NCBI GenBank assembly: GCA_028534125.1 | Contig: CM052832.1 | Coordinates: 22,880,001 to 22,944,000 of the forward strand | Direction of reading: 5' to 3' | DNA from: Lama glama | Lineage: Eukaryota | Length of the DNA: 64,000 bases | Shown: positions 40,712-53,275 of the stretch, piece by piece | Numbering within the stretch: position 1 is the stretch's first letter | Layout of the letters: every line of letters starts with the position of its first letter | Position numbers and translations under genes: made by a program | Notes under the pieces: model-generated | Told to the model about the DNA's origin: nothing | Databases searched by the model: none | The model's input: the letters and a program-made list of their open reading frames with translations, nothing else

Positions 40712-41207
40712 AGTAATGTCTTAACTATATTACTCGGGGTGAGGTCTGGTGAGGTAAAACACAGATTAAGTGAGAAAACCAGAAAGCATCTTGACCATCT
40801 TGTCATGCTCACACATCCTTGGAGAGGACACAGCAAGCCATGCAGAGCCACTCAGGGGAAGCCCCCGGGGGGGTCACGGGCAGGGGGAGAAAGTGGAACT
40901 GCTGTGGACAAGCACCATTAATGTGCTTTCCAAGGGAAGGAATGAGGGAGGCAGGGTAACTGAGTGTAGGGTGGGCTAGTCTGAGTAATTTCAGGGGGCT
41001 CTGGGGGCACAGGGGCTGTCTCTAGTGATCTGGCACCTGGCTCTGAGATTATTAAGGCAGGTGGATAATGGCCCAGAGCGTAACAGTGCAGTAAGAGAGA
41101 GGGTGGGGGTTGTGGACTTAATCAGCCAGTCAAGGAGGGGAACTGACCAGCTTTCAACCAGGACCTCAAACCTAAGTTAAGGTAACATTTTTAAAAACTA
41201 TATTGCA
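40712..41207 (-). mobile_element. ERVL LTR of the MER54/73/74/88 group
   Basis: ggggctgtctctagtgatctggcacctggc, gtggacttaatcagcc, ggggaactgaccagc, ends aaaaactatattgca. Confidence 0.65.
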
Positions 41208-41450
41208 GGGAAGGGCAAGGAGACATAAGACATACAAGGGCAAGGTGACAAAACGACCACTGTAAGAAAATCCATTATAACACACTGCAATGAAAATAAA
41301 ATCCAAATTTCCATTATAATGTATAAAGCCTTGGAAAGGCTTATAGTCCTTCATTCAAAGTCCCCTTAAACAGTAACTTGAGAAGCTGGTAAATATGATT
41401 CATCTATGTCTTTTGTCCCCTTATCAAAATTTGAAAAAAAATCCTTATTG

Positions 41451-41650
41451 ATGTATTCATTTTTTCAGTCCACAAATGTTTACTGAATGCTTATTCAACA
41501 CCAAGGACTAGATTCTGAGGATGCAATGGACAAAAAACAGACAATATGATTTCCTTATACCACTGACACACTCCATAAGCAGGGTGAGTAAGAGATGACA
41601 ATAAACAAATAAGTAAGTAAATATATACAATGTGGCAGACGGTAATTCTT
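41451..41650 (-). mobile_element. L2 3' end
   Basis: cacaaatgtttactgaatgcttat...gacaataaacaaataagtaa. Confidence 0.7.
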
Positions 41651-42971
41651 TGGTGATTTAAATGTCATCCCATCTGGTATAACAGTAACTACAAATTAAA
41701 TGCTATGAAAAAGCCTATTTCAACATCAAAGAGCAACGTCACAACTTCCAACACATCCTTTCAACCATCAGGTGTCGTGCAAGCAACACTTGATACCTGT
41801 CTAGATACTGCTGCACTCTGCTCGCCTCTACAAACAGTCGTCTTGAAAAAGGATATGTGCCTTTAAACCCAGAGAGCAGAAGTAACAGATCGTGTTTGAA
41901 ATGGTTGCTAAGGGACCATTTTATATAAATTAATTAGTGAACATCAACTCTGGTTTCAAAGGGCAAAGAAGGTCTCTCACTTGAAAAGGGAAAATTACCC
42001 CCTGGTGATTGGAAAAAGGCCATCATAGGGTTTTTTCATGCACACCAGTAGCATCTTACTGCTGCTTAATTTCTGTGTTTTTTTTTTTTTCCTTTTTGTT
42101 TGGAGGCTTTCTCCTACCCTCATTCTTCATTGTTTTCCATAGTTTTCTTTATTCCTTCTAAGGTTGTTTGCATAGGAGACCAAGGGGAAGGTCTGCATAA
42201 TACAGAGGGCAAGCAAGTCTTTTAATGTTTTAAGAGGTGAGCAGAAGACAGGACGTCTTCCCTGCTGGAGGGCTAAAAGACCAAAGAGACACAACATATA
42301 AGGGTTTTTTTACATTAACTTAAAAATGCCTAGGAAGTTTTTATCAGAGAAAGGAAGATTAAACATGATTTCTGCAAAATCTTTGTGGGAAGGGAAGGGT
42401 TAGGTTAGGGAGCTAAGTATATCTCCATGTTCATATCCTGTAAGTATTGTTATAAATAGTTATGCTGATTTTATAAATAGTTTGTTTAATATACTTAGAT
42501 ATTTTCATAATTTTTCCATTTAAAAAAACAGAATTTAGAAGAAAATCAGATAAAACTTTGACTCAGATAACTCAAAGGAAGTCTAGTTGTCGGGGGCAAA
42601 AAGACCAGGATAACATAATTGTTCATCTGATGACAAGGTAATTGAATTTCATGAATAATTATGAGAAAGGGGGAAAAAAAGCTTCTGGTATTCAAGGCTT
42701 GTAAACATTGCAGGCATTAAAATAAGAGCTAAGAAAAGATAGGTAGAATGTAAAGCTAATTTGCTTTCCTTTCAGAATTTTTATTTTATAATGCTGTCAC
42801 ATTCCTAAATGATGAGAATAATTTAATTTTTAAAAGTAAGTGCTGACAAGGCACCTTTACTCTAAGAATACTTTTGACATAAACTAACTCAAAAATAAAA
42901 TCTGACTAGCGAGAGCAGTTATTTTACTCATTAAATATCAGGAAGATGTAATGTGTTTTGCTTCCTTACAG

Positions 42972-43091
42972 CTGATTCTCAATGAGATGAAGAAGAAAAG
43001 GAAGACTTCCTAATACATCAAACGGAGTTGGAGCTACTCAGTTACAAGGCAAGACAGGCAAACTTAAATTTATGTCAGCTTTCCACTGCAG
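42972..43091 (+). other. Candidate 120-nt non-coding exon
   Basis: tgtgttttgcttccttacAG|ctgatt...ctgcag|GTAAGA; GAAGAA-rich interior; stops in all three frames. Confidence 0.4.
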
Positions 43092-44520
43092 GTAAGATTT
43101 TTTTTTTTAAATAAAAGATGGGGAAACATTGTCCTCGTGTCCTTCTCTGCTGCTGTCCTACAAAATTTGCCCTCACTTTGCTTACACAGTCCTTGGTTAT
43201 TTGCCGAAGAGGCGTCCTGTGGGACCGTGATGGTAACATGATGGAGGCAAATGGACTGTTTCATTTCCCATATGCAAGTAATTACTAAGGGAATGGAACA
43301 AGCTAGCACTTATGAGATTTTTTTTTAAAGAGTGAATGCCTATTCATAGTTATTTGAAATGTATCAAATTATGGACCAGGTTATGTGTATTTACCATAGA
43401 TGGGAAGATTAGACTTTCGCTTTAAGATGCAAACTAGAATATTGGTATGCACAGTGAGACTTCTGAAACCAAATGATAATATTGGATATTTTCCTAGGAG
43501 AAATTGGCACTCGATATTGGGGAAAATCAACATATCTGAGCAGTGTTGTCAGATAAACATTTATGTGATGTTCACACCTAGTTCTTCCTGCTGGCTTCTG
43601 TGAAACTTAATGCTTAAAAAGACAAATACTAGACTCTTGGCTTTTGTTCCCAAGTTTGTTTACCTTAATTTAATAAGTGATATCTGTGAAACGGTTGACA
43701 TTGTCTTGGCCTATACCAGAAGCTTCTCTGGAACTTAAGAAGAAGTAATGAATGTATAAAAAATTAAACCAAAAACGTAGTAGGAGACCAAAGTAAAAAG
43801 ATCCTTCCCATCGCTGAACTTTGCCATGAACTTGGCTTGGTACCAGGTACCTTGGTTGGTTTCTTGCTTCCTTTCCAAACGTTTCAGTCAATGGGGACCA
43901 TTGTAAATAGCTGGCAAGTCACTGAAGGAGTTCATGTGTAGGAAGGTTAGGTGTTTTCCAATTCCATCCCTCAGGCCTTTCCTTCTGATTTGACATAAGC
44001 TGCATCCACAGGCCTGTGGAGAGAGTTTGCCTCTAAACTGATGTTAATGGGTCAAAAACTGTAGTAACAGAACCAGGGAAATGTAGGGCTCGGACATAAC
44101 ACTTGAAGGGGGACACATTTTCTTCATCAGTTTGCCTCGCATATGCACAGAAGGTCATGGTCAGCTTTCAGCTCTCCAAATGGAAACTCTTGGTTCCCAT
44201 CTGCCTGCTCTGGTTTGTGCATGTTGTTTCCACAAAAGAATGTGGAAGGTAGGGAAATGTGTATGCAAAATGTCTTATAGTGTTGAAATGTATAAAATTA
44301 TTACACATCCATTTCCACTAAAACCTGTTTTAAATTCTTACTAAGAATGAAACAAAGATTCTTTGTTGTAAAATAAAATTTTTGCAGCTCTATTATGATT
44401 ATCGGATAGTTAAGAGTTTGATGTGCCAGAATCTAAAGAGAATTGTTAACAGACATCCACCTTCTAGTTAAATTTTAGTCAAAGGGAAGTCCACAATTGT
44501 CCATGGGCAATCAGCTATGC

Positions 44521-44950
44521 CTTGGCACAGGAGGCCCGCAACACCAATTTATTAAACGCATACCGGCCTCAAAACAGTCTTCTCCTGGCAGATGCTCTCG
44601 CTGTGCTCTGCGAGAGAGCCAGCCTGCCACCCCAAGGGGCGGTAGTTCCAACACGGGCTCTCCTGGGAGGCTGGCAGACGATGGGCTCCCCCTAGGGGCG
44701 GACGGGCCTCCGCGGAAGGAGAGCAGCTGGCGCGTTGCCAGGAAACCAACCCCTTCCCTTGGTGCCGCTGACAGCAATACAGGAGCAGAGGGTCTCCTCT
44801 CCACACTGTTTGCTTAGGCAGGCTCCCGGCTCTGCCTAGCACACCAGCTGAGTGCAGATCCCGCTCTAACGCGCGGAAGCCAAGAAGCTCATCTCCGAGA
44901 ATCCCAGTGGAGAAACTTCCCTGTATCACTTTCTCTTTCCCGGGCGCAGG
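44521..44950. promoter_or_regulatory. Small CpG-rich promoter- or enhancer-like patch
   Basis: About 23 CpG in ~430 bp by hand count; GGGGCGG at 44636 and 44695; GCGGAAG twice; X-box-like GTTGCCAGGAAAC at 44734-44746. Confidence 0.55.
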
Positions 44951-45539
44951 CTCCCTGATTTCCTTACACTCTTCATGTTTACTTGTCCTTGTTGCCCTTG
45001 CAAACCCAAGACAGAGCTGGAGGAGCGTTTTGGAAACAGCGATGGCTGGGCTCCAGCAGTCAGCGGAGCAATGTGACTTAACAAGGGTATTTTATTCTTA
45101 GGGCTTCATACCTACAGAGCTCTTTTCCTCCTGAAAGCTCAAAGAACAATTCTGGCCTTGATTTTTGCCTCAGCAAGATGCCATAAGGTTTAAGAAAATA
45201 CAACTTCAAAAGAAGGCTCTAAGGAAAATCACAGAGTATTTTGGTGATTACTATATTTATGCAGCATTATAAGATATTTAGTTGGAGGTGTTTCTGGGCC
45301 AAATCTTTTATTATTCTGATTAGCCTTCAAATAGTCTTCATGTGCTTTAGAAAAAAATTTACAATTATTCTCTTTATCTCCTCAGGTCTATGCTCCAGTT
45401 CTCCTTCTTGGTGAGGACTTCCCTGATTATATATGATTGAAAATTGCAGCTCACTCCCACTAGCATCCCCTCTGCCCCTACCCTGCCTTATTTTCCCACA
45501 GAGCTTCAGTGAAGGAAGCAGGACCACTAAGTAGAATGG

Positions 45540-46045
45540 AGCACGGGTGTGCTACAGAAGTAAGGCCTCCCGCAACTAGGAGAGAAGCTGGGGAGTAAGG
45601 GTCTGCAAAGGAGCTGGGAGATCAGAGAAAGCCCTAACCCAGCCCTTCTGCAGCTCTGCTGCGGATGGACAAGCAGGAGCTCGCAGGAGCACGTGGGACG
45701 TGGGACATGAAGCAGAGGCCTGGTGGGGAAGTCGGCGGCAGGCTCTGGTCTCTGCTGGTCAGCCCAGGGCTGCTGGTCAGCAGAGCAGACAATCAGCAGG
45801 AAGGGCCTGGACACCGAGCAAGGGGGGAGAAGAGCAAGGCGGAATCCTCCAGCTCCCTGTGTCTGTCCCTCCTGGCATCAAACCATGATGGTCTTCAGAC
45901 AGTGTGGCTACTTCTTCACCTCCAGCTTCCCAACCTTGTGCAAATTCCCTTTGTGGCTAACTTTAACTGGGAACCGTACAAGGAAGGGAATTATGAGAAA
46001 CACGATTCCTGTGTACTGCACTGGACACAGTACAAAACTACCAGT
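45540..46045 (-). mobile_element. Old ERV-type LTR remnant, family uncertain
   Basis: End gaaccgtacaaggaagggaattatgagaaacacgattcc...gacacagtacaaaactacca resembles old ERVL LTR termini. Confidence 0.4.
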
Positions 46046-46134
46046 CTTTCACCCCCTCTTACATATTACATACTTTAATTACATATTCCTTTTATTTGTG
46101 TGTGCATATGTGCACATCCACGTACACACACATA

Positions 46135-46240
46135 CACACGATCCTAAACTCTATGAATGTAGAGAGTTTTATACGCCCCAGTGTCTAGAACAATGCTTGA
46201 CATAAAGCAAATATTCAATGAATAATTGTTGATTGAAATT
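46135..46240 (+). mobile_element. L2 3' tail
   Basis: cccagtgtctagaacaatgcttgacataaagcaaatattcaatgaataattgttgattgaa. Confidence 0.75.
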
Positions 46241-47139
46241 TTTATTGCTGCCCTTTGAATTATACCTGGGGGCAAAAGCCTGAGTCAGGATCATTAATTT
46301 TTGGTTGACTAAATCTAGGTTCAGGAAGTGAGTAAGTAGTCAAACCCAAAAATACAGCAAGTCACTGAGTCATCACTGGAATCTTCAGAGTCTGCCAGCG
46401 TGTAAGGCGTTGTCCAGCCAGCGCGCCACTCTCCTATAAGACGTCGACTCACTCTACTACCAGCAGTGGCCTTATTTCTGCCTTTAAGCTCAGGGAAGCT
46501 TAGTGCAGGGTATGAAAGAAAGAAGGGCTAAGGTGGAAGGACCCACTTTGTCAACTTCACCCGGGGAAACCAGGAATTAAGCTGCAGAGATACATATTTT
46601 TAGCATCAAATGTCAAGATCCGGAGAATTCATTTTGTTAAATATCTTGAGAAAGTCCTCAATTCCTACAGCCTAAGTGGGACACACTTCCTCCTGTTACA
46701 TGTTTCCACAGCCAGATTTTATTCATAGCTGGCTGACCCTTAAAAGACATGAGTCCTTCCCCCCAAATACACGCACTATTAGATTGTCTGGTGGCCTTAT
46801 ACTTTAGAATTAGAAATTTCTTAAGATTCTGCAGGCGTGTCTGTTTTCAAGGGTCTCTTTACCTATGGAAAGGATCATACCTTAAAGCTATCACTTTAAT
46901 CACTTACAGAGGATTAAGAAACAGAGCCAATTAAAAGACCTAAGAGAATCACAAATTGGGGCACATGCCCTGATACTGAAGGCAACAGAGAAGAGTGAGA
47001 TGTAAATTGAAATGACTGCTCAGGAACTCAGAGATGACCAGTCAGACACACAAAAATCTGGACACTAAAACCTCCTCTCGAGCCTTTTGGTTGGGACTGA
47101 AGCTTGATTCACTGTGGCCCCTGTGTAACCTGTGAACCT

Positions 47140-48048
47140 GCTGGGATGGTTTTCGTTGCAAATAAAAGCAAACAATACAACGTGGCTTAAGCAATCTAGG
47201 AGAGTTATTAGTTCACACAGTTGCAAAGCTCAGCCTGAAGCCATGAGCTGACCAGAGCCCCAGATGCCTTTCTTTTGTGCCTTCTCGTCTGCCTTTTCTG
47301 TCCCTCGTCCTCGGCCTGCCTTCACAAGACGGCTGCCCACAGCAACTGGTGCTCCATGTCTCCTCAGCAGTCACATCATCAGGGACAAAAGGGGGCATTC
47401 TTCACACCCTGAGACGAGGTTCTGAGCATTATGCTCATGGCAGCACCCCTGAACTGACCTCTGTCCGGGGAGATCTGAGACCGACGGGCTTAGGTCAGGG
47501 TTATGTGACAGCTGTCGTGTGGGGTAGTGGAAGCGCTGCCCTGAGACTCCCGTGTGGGGCCCGGGATACTGCACGGCCTTTCTAGGGCGGCTGTAACAAA
47601 ATGCCAGAGGCAGAGCGGCTTAAACAACTAAACGTATTTTCTCACAGTTCTAGAGGCTGAAAGTCCAGATCAGGGTGTCAGCAGGTTTGGTTTCTGAGGC
47701 CTTTCTCCCCGGCTCGCAGATGGCTGCCTCCTTGCTGTGCCCTCATTTGGCTTTTCCTCAGTGCACGCGTGTACTTCTGGTGCCTCTGTGAGCGTCCAGA
47801 TTTCCTCTTCTTTAAGGACACCAGCCAGCTGTACCAGGGTCCACCCATATGATCTCATTTACCCTCTTTAAAGGCCCCAGCTCCAAATACAGTCATACTA
47901 GGAGTTAGGGCTTCAATGTATGGGTTTGGGGAGCATAACTCAGTCTATAAAAGGTGCTAAGAGTGGGGACAGTCCTCCTCAGTGGGCATGATGACAGTAG
48001 TGTGGGGGGGGAGGAAATGCTGGGGAGATAGCCACAATATCCGTTGCA
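47140..48048 (-). mobile_element. Old MaLR LTR (MLT1J/K-like) split by MLT1B-like LTR
   Basis: tttcgttgcaaataaaagc...gtggcttaagcaa at start; gaaatgctggggagatagccacaa at end. Confidence 0.5.
47570..47952 (-). mobile_element. MaLR solo LTR, MLT1B-like
   Basis: ggctgtaacaaaatgcc...ttctcacagttctagaggctgaaagtccagatcagggtgtcagcagg...ctccaaatacagtcatac...gttagggcttcaa. Confidence 0.9.
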
Positions 48049-48195
48049 ATCTGCAAAACCTCTAAAGGCAGTTCCCTTTGACTATGACTTAAAAACGAAA
48101 ACAAAACACACCACCACATCGTTAACTGTGTGCCGCTTCCCTAGGGCAGGCTTCTGCTGGATGTGAGTCTCCTGGGCTTAACTGTTTTCTCTAAG

Positions 48196-48482
48196 CAAAC
48201 ATTTCCAAAAGCGTATTCCAAGGAGCAGTTGTCTTGTGGCGTATTCCACACATACACACACACAAGTATCTGTTGGTTAAACAAACAATGGGAATCCTGC
48301 ATCATGTATTCATACAGATCTTGACTTACAAATTAGCATATTTAAATGTCCCAAATAAATTCCAAAGTTAAAAAAAATGTTTACTTTTACATAACCCAAG
48401 ACTTCTCAAACTTCTTGTCAGCATGGGATTTCCCCAAATATTACCTATTAAAATTCCTATGGAACACAAGTTAGGAAATGCT
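48196..48482. mobile_element. hAT-Charlie MITE (MER112/MER113-like)
   Basis: Imperfect TIRs: catttccaaaagcgtattccaagga ... cctatggaacacaagttaggaaatgc. Confidence 0.5.
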
Positions 48483-51400
48483 CTTCTGAGGAAATGTTAC
48501 TCTTTATTCAGAGTGGGAAGAGATAAGTTGCAGGAGGGCAAACATAACAGGTTAAATAATGTCACAGGCGTTAACATTAGTCTAATTTGGTTTTACTCTG
48601 CTTTTTTCATAGAGGATCAAGGTTTCCGGCTCTGGGAAAGGAAGCTGACAAATTTCTGGGCTAGTCTGTGGCTTTAGCAGAAGGATTGCTCTGGGGCTCA
48701 CTTCCCAGAAACCGCTCTAGCAGAACACCTGAAGCATGCGGTCATCGCCTGTCTGCACCTGTTGCTGCCACAGGCTGAGAGAGACAGAAACAGGAACAAG
48801 GGACTTTAAGGTTCAGGAATAATGAAGTGTTTGTGCCAAAAACATTGTCCAAGAACTCGGCAAAGCAGGAAAGTAAGGAGCCAGTAACCAGAGGAAATAA
48901 TCAGTGGCAGCAGCCCAGAGACAGGAGAGGCTCAGAGCCTCCGTCCGCAAGGACGGCGGGGGCCCGTGTGCCCAGAGCTCAGCTCCACCCTCTCGCTCCC
49001 GGGACACTCTTTCCGATTTTAAACACTTGGACACCATAAGGAGTGGACACTTCCAACACGTAACCAAGACATCTGTTCCAGCAAAGTAAAACTGTGAAAC
49101 CTGAAGGTAATTTGGAGGCTGCCAAACACCTGTGAGTCAGACAACGCACACGCCTCCTCTTCTTTACAAGCGCACATGAGCTTGAACCTTCTGGGCATTT
49201 TAGCAGTTTACCATCTGTACCGATAACCCTTTTCTGCAGCACAGAGAGTCTTCGAGGAGGATGTAAAATCCAGGATCCAAGATAAGGAAACATGTTTACA
49301 CCTGCTACATCTGTTCAGTCATTTGCAGGCTCTGCTTCACACTGGACTCTCTGTGCCGGCACACTTTGGAAATCATCCTTGTCTGGTTAAGTTTCACATG
49401 TGCTCCATAAAAGCTGAGAAGAATGGAAAAACCAACCTTAAAAGCCCCCTGGTCTGGGGTTATGTTTCCAGAGAAGACTATCGCCATTTTCCTTTTATCT
49501 TAAACAATCGTGGAATCTAAGTTATCATTAATAAGGTTAAATATTTCTCTGGCAACGCACTCACAAAAGATGGGAAGGACATTAAATTAGTTCTGTTGGA
49601 AAGTAAAACCTGTAGACAAGCTAACTGCAGTAAAGCAGTTGATAAAATAATAGGTTGAAAGAGAACAATAACAACCAAACCACCCAGACAAAGCACACAG
49701 TCATCTGTCTTTCCTCCGGGAAGAATATAACCCCAACCCGCTATTCACCCTGTTGCCAGTAGAGCCAGACACACAGGAATGTGCTGCAAAAAAGACAATC
49801 AAGTCTTAAGAAAGAAACAGTGTGATCTGGACAAACCACCCTGTCACAGTGATTCCTCTGATGTGTTAAGTGGCTGAGGAAAGAATAGGGCAGGTGAGCA
49901 GCCGGAAAGTACTCGAGGGTTTCACGTAAGGCCTGCACTAAGAAAAGCAAGGCCCACGTGGGCCACAGTCCATCTGAAAGCCCTTGAAGGTGGCTTGGGT
50001 AGCAGAGGCCAAACAGGATACCAATTTACAACAAGGGCCATTCTGACCTGTTCAGAGCATGCATCCAGGCCGTGGCATTCGAGGAAATCTACTGACACTT
50101 GTACTGAGAGGCCTACTTTATCCTATATGGCCTTAGCAATAGTGGTGTTCATGTTGAGACATTTGGGAGGGTCCACAGCCAACAGGTTGAATGCACGTTG
50201 ATAGTGGACCCCATTTTAAGAGCAACCATAATTGTGTTAAAGCTGCTTTATCGAGATCTATTTTGTTGCCCAACAAAAATGGAATTGATTCCAAAGCAGA
50301 AAGTGTTAAAACTAGACGATCCAGCACAGCGTTTTGAACTCCTCTTATTTAAGTTTCAGATGAAGCAACTAAGACAAAGGAGACTGGTCCAGGGCATTAG
50401 AGACAATGGCAGAAGCTAGATAAGAGTTCAGTTTTCTGTTGTTAAGCCCCAGGCTTACACAGATATTCCTTCTGGCTATGATCCTAAAAGAACCTAGTCT
50501 TCTCCACCCACAAAACACTGCCCATGCAACAAACAGGTCTTTCTCTAAAAGACTTTCAGTTCCTTAAGCTGAATTAAACAATTCCAAAGATCAATTCTTT
50601 CTGTACGTCTACTGAGAGATAAATACACAGCTCAGGAGTCTATGGTCTTATTTTGCCTAAGAAAACTTAAAGCTTATACTTCCATCCTTTCCTGAAAGGA
50701 AGGGCATCCAACAAAATACAAAATGAAGAGGCATCTTAACTTAGGTCAGTCATCACTAGCTTCGTGGAACGTGTGTGTTGCAACACACTTTCTGGGACTC
50801 TAGAGAAAATTTACAAAGATCTGATGCCTAATGGCAATGCATCTACAGTTCTTCTAACTTAGTACTGGCATTTCACATGTTACTGATATTATAATGAAAA
50901 TGCAATACACCACAGACCAGGTCTGAGAAGAAACCTGAATTATCTTCCCCTAAGTGACAAAACTGGAAGGTCTAATATATTAGGTCAATTAAACTCAAAC
51001 AGCTCTAATCCCCATCGCCAGCGCTACAAAGAGACCACATGATGGATTAGTGACAGAGGCAGGAGTAGAACTCAGGGTACCACCCTTCCAAGCTAGGACT
51101 CATTTTATTACACCTGGTTTTAAATCAACATAGTTTTCTAGTGGGCCAACAGAGCAGCATTATTTGATACACACTGCTGATCAGGGACCAGACTGATTCA
51201 TATTCATCTTATCTTTAAATCAACTTATAAAAGTGAAAACCATTATAGCTTTGGGAGGACTGGAGAGCGGAAAGGCAAAGACTAGGATGCCTGGAGTGAA
51301 AGTGTTGAACAGAAACCACTTATGTGGGTTTTTAGCTGTTGCCATTACCCATGGAGGAAATGCCCCACCACATCTGTACACACCTTACCTCTGACACAGT

Positions 51401-52864
51401 GCGCCAGCACGTTAATTCTACTCAAGAAAATTTACAACAGGTTTTACATACTTGCTGTATACCTCCCCTTCCAAGATGTGATTTTAAGGGCAACAAAAAC
51501 CACTTCTCCTATCCTAGATTATCATCTTGGCTTTGAGATAAGGCACCATCTCCTAAAAATCCATCACCAAAAATATAGGTATTTAATCCAAGTGGAATAA
51601 ACAAAATTAAGTAAACCATGTTGTCATCTTTCTAAAATCTTGTTTTAAACGTTAAAAAAAAAACCCAAAAAACTATCTGCCTTCAACTCCTCCTGCGGCC
51701 TAACCCGGACCCTACTCCACTCCACTCACTGTAGCTGAGGTCAAGTTTCAGGCTCCCGTGGCTTTCAGGTTCTAAGTCTCATCTTCAGCACCTGTAAAGA
51801 GGATTTTCTACTCCAGGTCAAGAGCTTCTTACTGTCCTTCCTTGAACACTCATTCTTCTGACGGCCCCCTGGGCCCCCTCCACAGACTCATGATGTTCTT
51901 CCTTCTTGCACTGCATGTCCCCATCATCTCTACTTTTAAGGTTTAATCTGACTTCTGGCAACCTCAGCTCCTGGTAATAATCCTTCTCTTCTCTGAGTTC
52001 TTGACATTTCTGGGTTTGCTTTCTATTGCTCTTTAATATTTCGTGCCCAGGTAGGCTTTCTTGGTAGTTCCTTTCCACTTCTTTTTCTAAAGTAGAGTAA
52101 AAATATCTGAATGTTTACAGGGGAACTTTATGACTATGAGTATCAGGAGAGGGAGGAAAAAGAAATGATTATTTCTTCAACAGCATTCACTAAGCACCTA
52201 CTATGAGCAGAGAGCACTTATTACACGCAAAGCACTGAAGACAGAGTAGATTGCCCATGGGCCTTATGCCCCTCTAAGGAATTTGCTGACCTCTGGAGGA
52301 AACAGAAAACCCCACGGGGCCAGGGCTGAAAAAAGTAGGCCCACCAAGCCCCTCCCTTAGGCTTCGTTTCCTTTTGCGGTTGTAATAGTTCTCACGTTGC
52401 ATTAAATTTTAGTCACGGAAATCTCTAGCATCAATGGTAAGGTAAGTCTCTTTACATCACCATCCTCAAACACTTTTCCTGCAATGATAACCTCGTAACT
52501 CATTTAGTGCAATTTGGTAATTATGTGAACTGAGTGCCTACTGTGCGCCAGGCATGTGCCGATTCTCTTGTCACAGATTTATGTGTTACCACAAAGAGTG
52601 AGTTACTATATAGTGACTGATATTTTAGAAAATCATACAAATGAAACCACCTAATCAAAAACTATATTTTTTTTTTCTTTCCCACTCTACCCCTATCTGA
52701 ATCTCCAGGTCAGTCAGCGTTTTGTCTGAAAGAGAAAAGTCATGAGGAGACTTAGATTATTGTCCTAACTCTTGAGACTCAGACCACCCAGCCCTTTCAT
52801 TCTGAGATGGGCACCAACTACTTGTAACTCATTCTGATTTCATCCTTCTAGTGGGAGAAGCTTC

Positions 52865-53275
52865 AAGACATAGTGGAAAGAGACTGGTCTTTGCCCAGAC
52901 ATACACAGACTCAAATTCTAATTCCGTAACTCAGTGAGGCTTGTGATCTTTGGGAAAATTAGAGAAAGGCACACCCTTTCTCTGGGATGACAAAACCTTT
53001 CATTCGGGGGCGTCACTGGGCAAGCAGAACAAAACGTACACCAGTCCCAATTTGCTCCTCCCGGCTACCAGACGCTGCCATGCAGCACATAAACCAGACA
53101 ACTGTACGTGGCAACCTGGACCATTTCCTCTGGTCATTACTTACTCTTGTTGAGCTTTAGAGGCCTAATCTGTAAAACGGGGGTAATAACAGTTCCCTCC
53201 AAGACTGTGAGGAGTAAGGGGATAATTTACTGAAAGTGACTGACACATGGTTAGCACTTTAACAAATATTCATCA
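52865..53275 (+). mobile_element. MIR split by a MER91-like (hAT-Tip100) insertion at ~52965-53118
   Basis: MIR 5' half to tgtgatctttgggaaaatt; 3' half from taatctgtaaaacgggggtaataacag; insert ends gacaactgtacgtggcaacctg. Confidence 0.6.

Larger units (their letters stand above)
39845..41255 (-). mobile_element. LTR33-like ERVL LTR interrupted by two younger LTRs
   Basis: gtcccagaagtagacgaagacaaggattc / gggaaagtgagacagg / gcaactggagcctaat / cattggctgaggactgctcc / caggcaaagaagtgcagg. Confidence 0.75.

Noticed and set aside
45386..45410. 25-nt microexon candidate (tctttatctcctcAG|...TTG|GTGAGG)
   Set aside because: Good acceptor, but the donor is moderate, the length is not a multiple of 3 and there is no other support.
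44497..46205. Overlapping 95-160 aa ORFs on both strands
   Set aside because: Explained by local GC richness (few stops) and an old LTR remnant; no domain or exon structure.
48941..48956. CCGTCC-GCAA-GGACGG GNRA tetraloop hairpin
   Set aside because: Only a 6-bp stem. A rough estimate gives about one such hairpin by chance in 64 kb, and there is no larger RNA fold.
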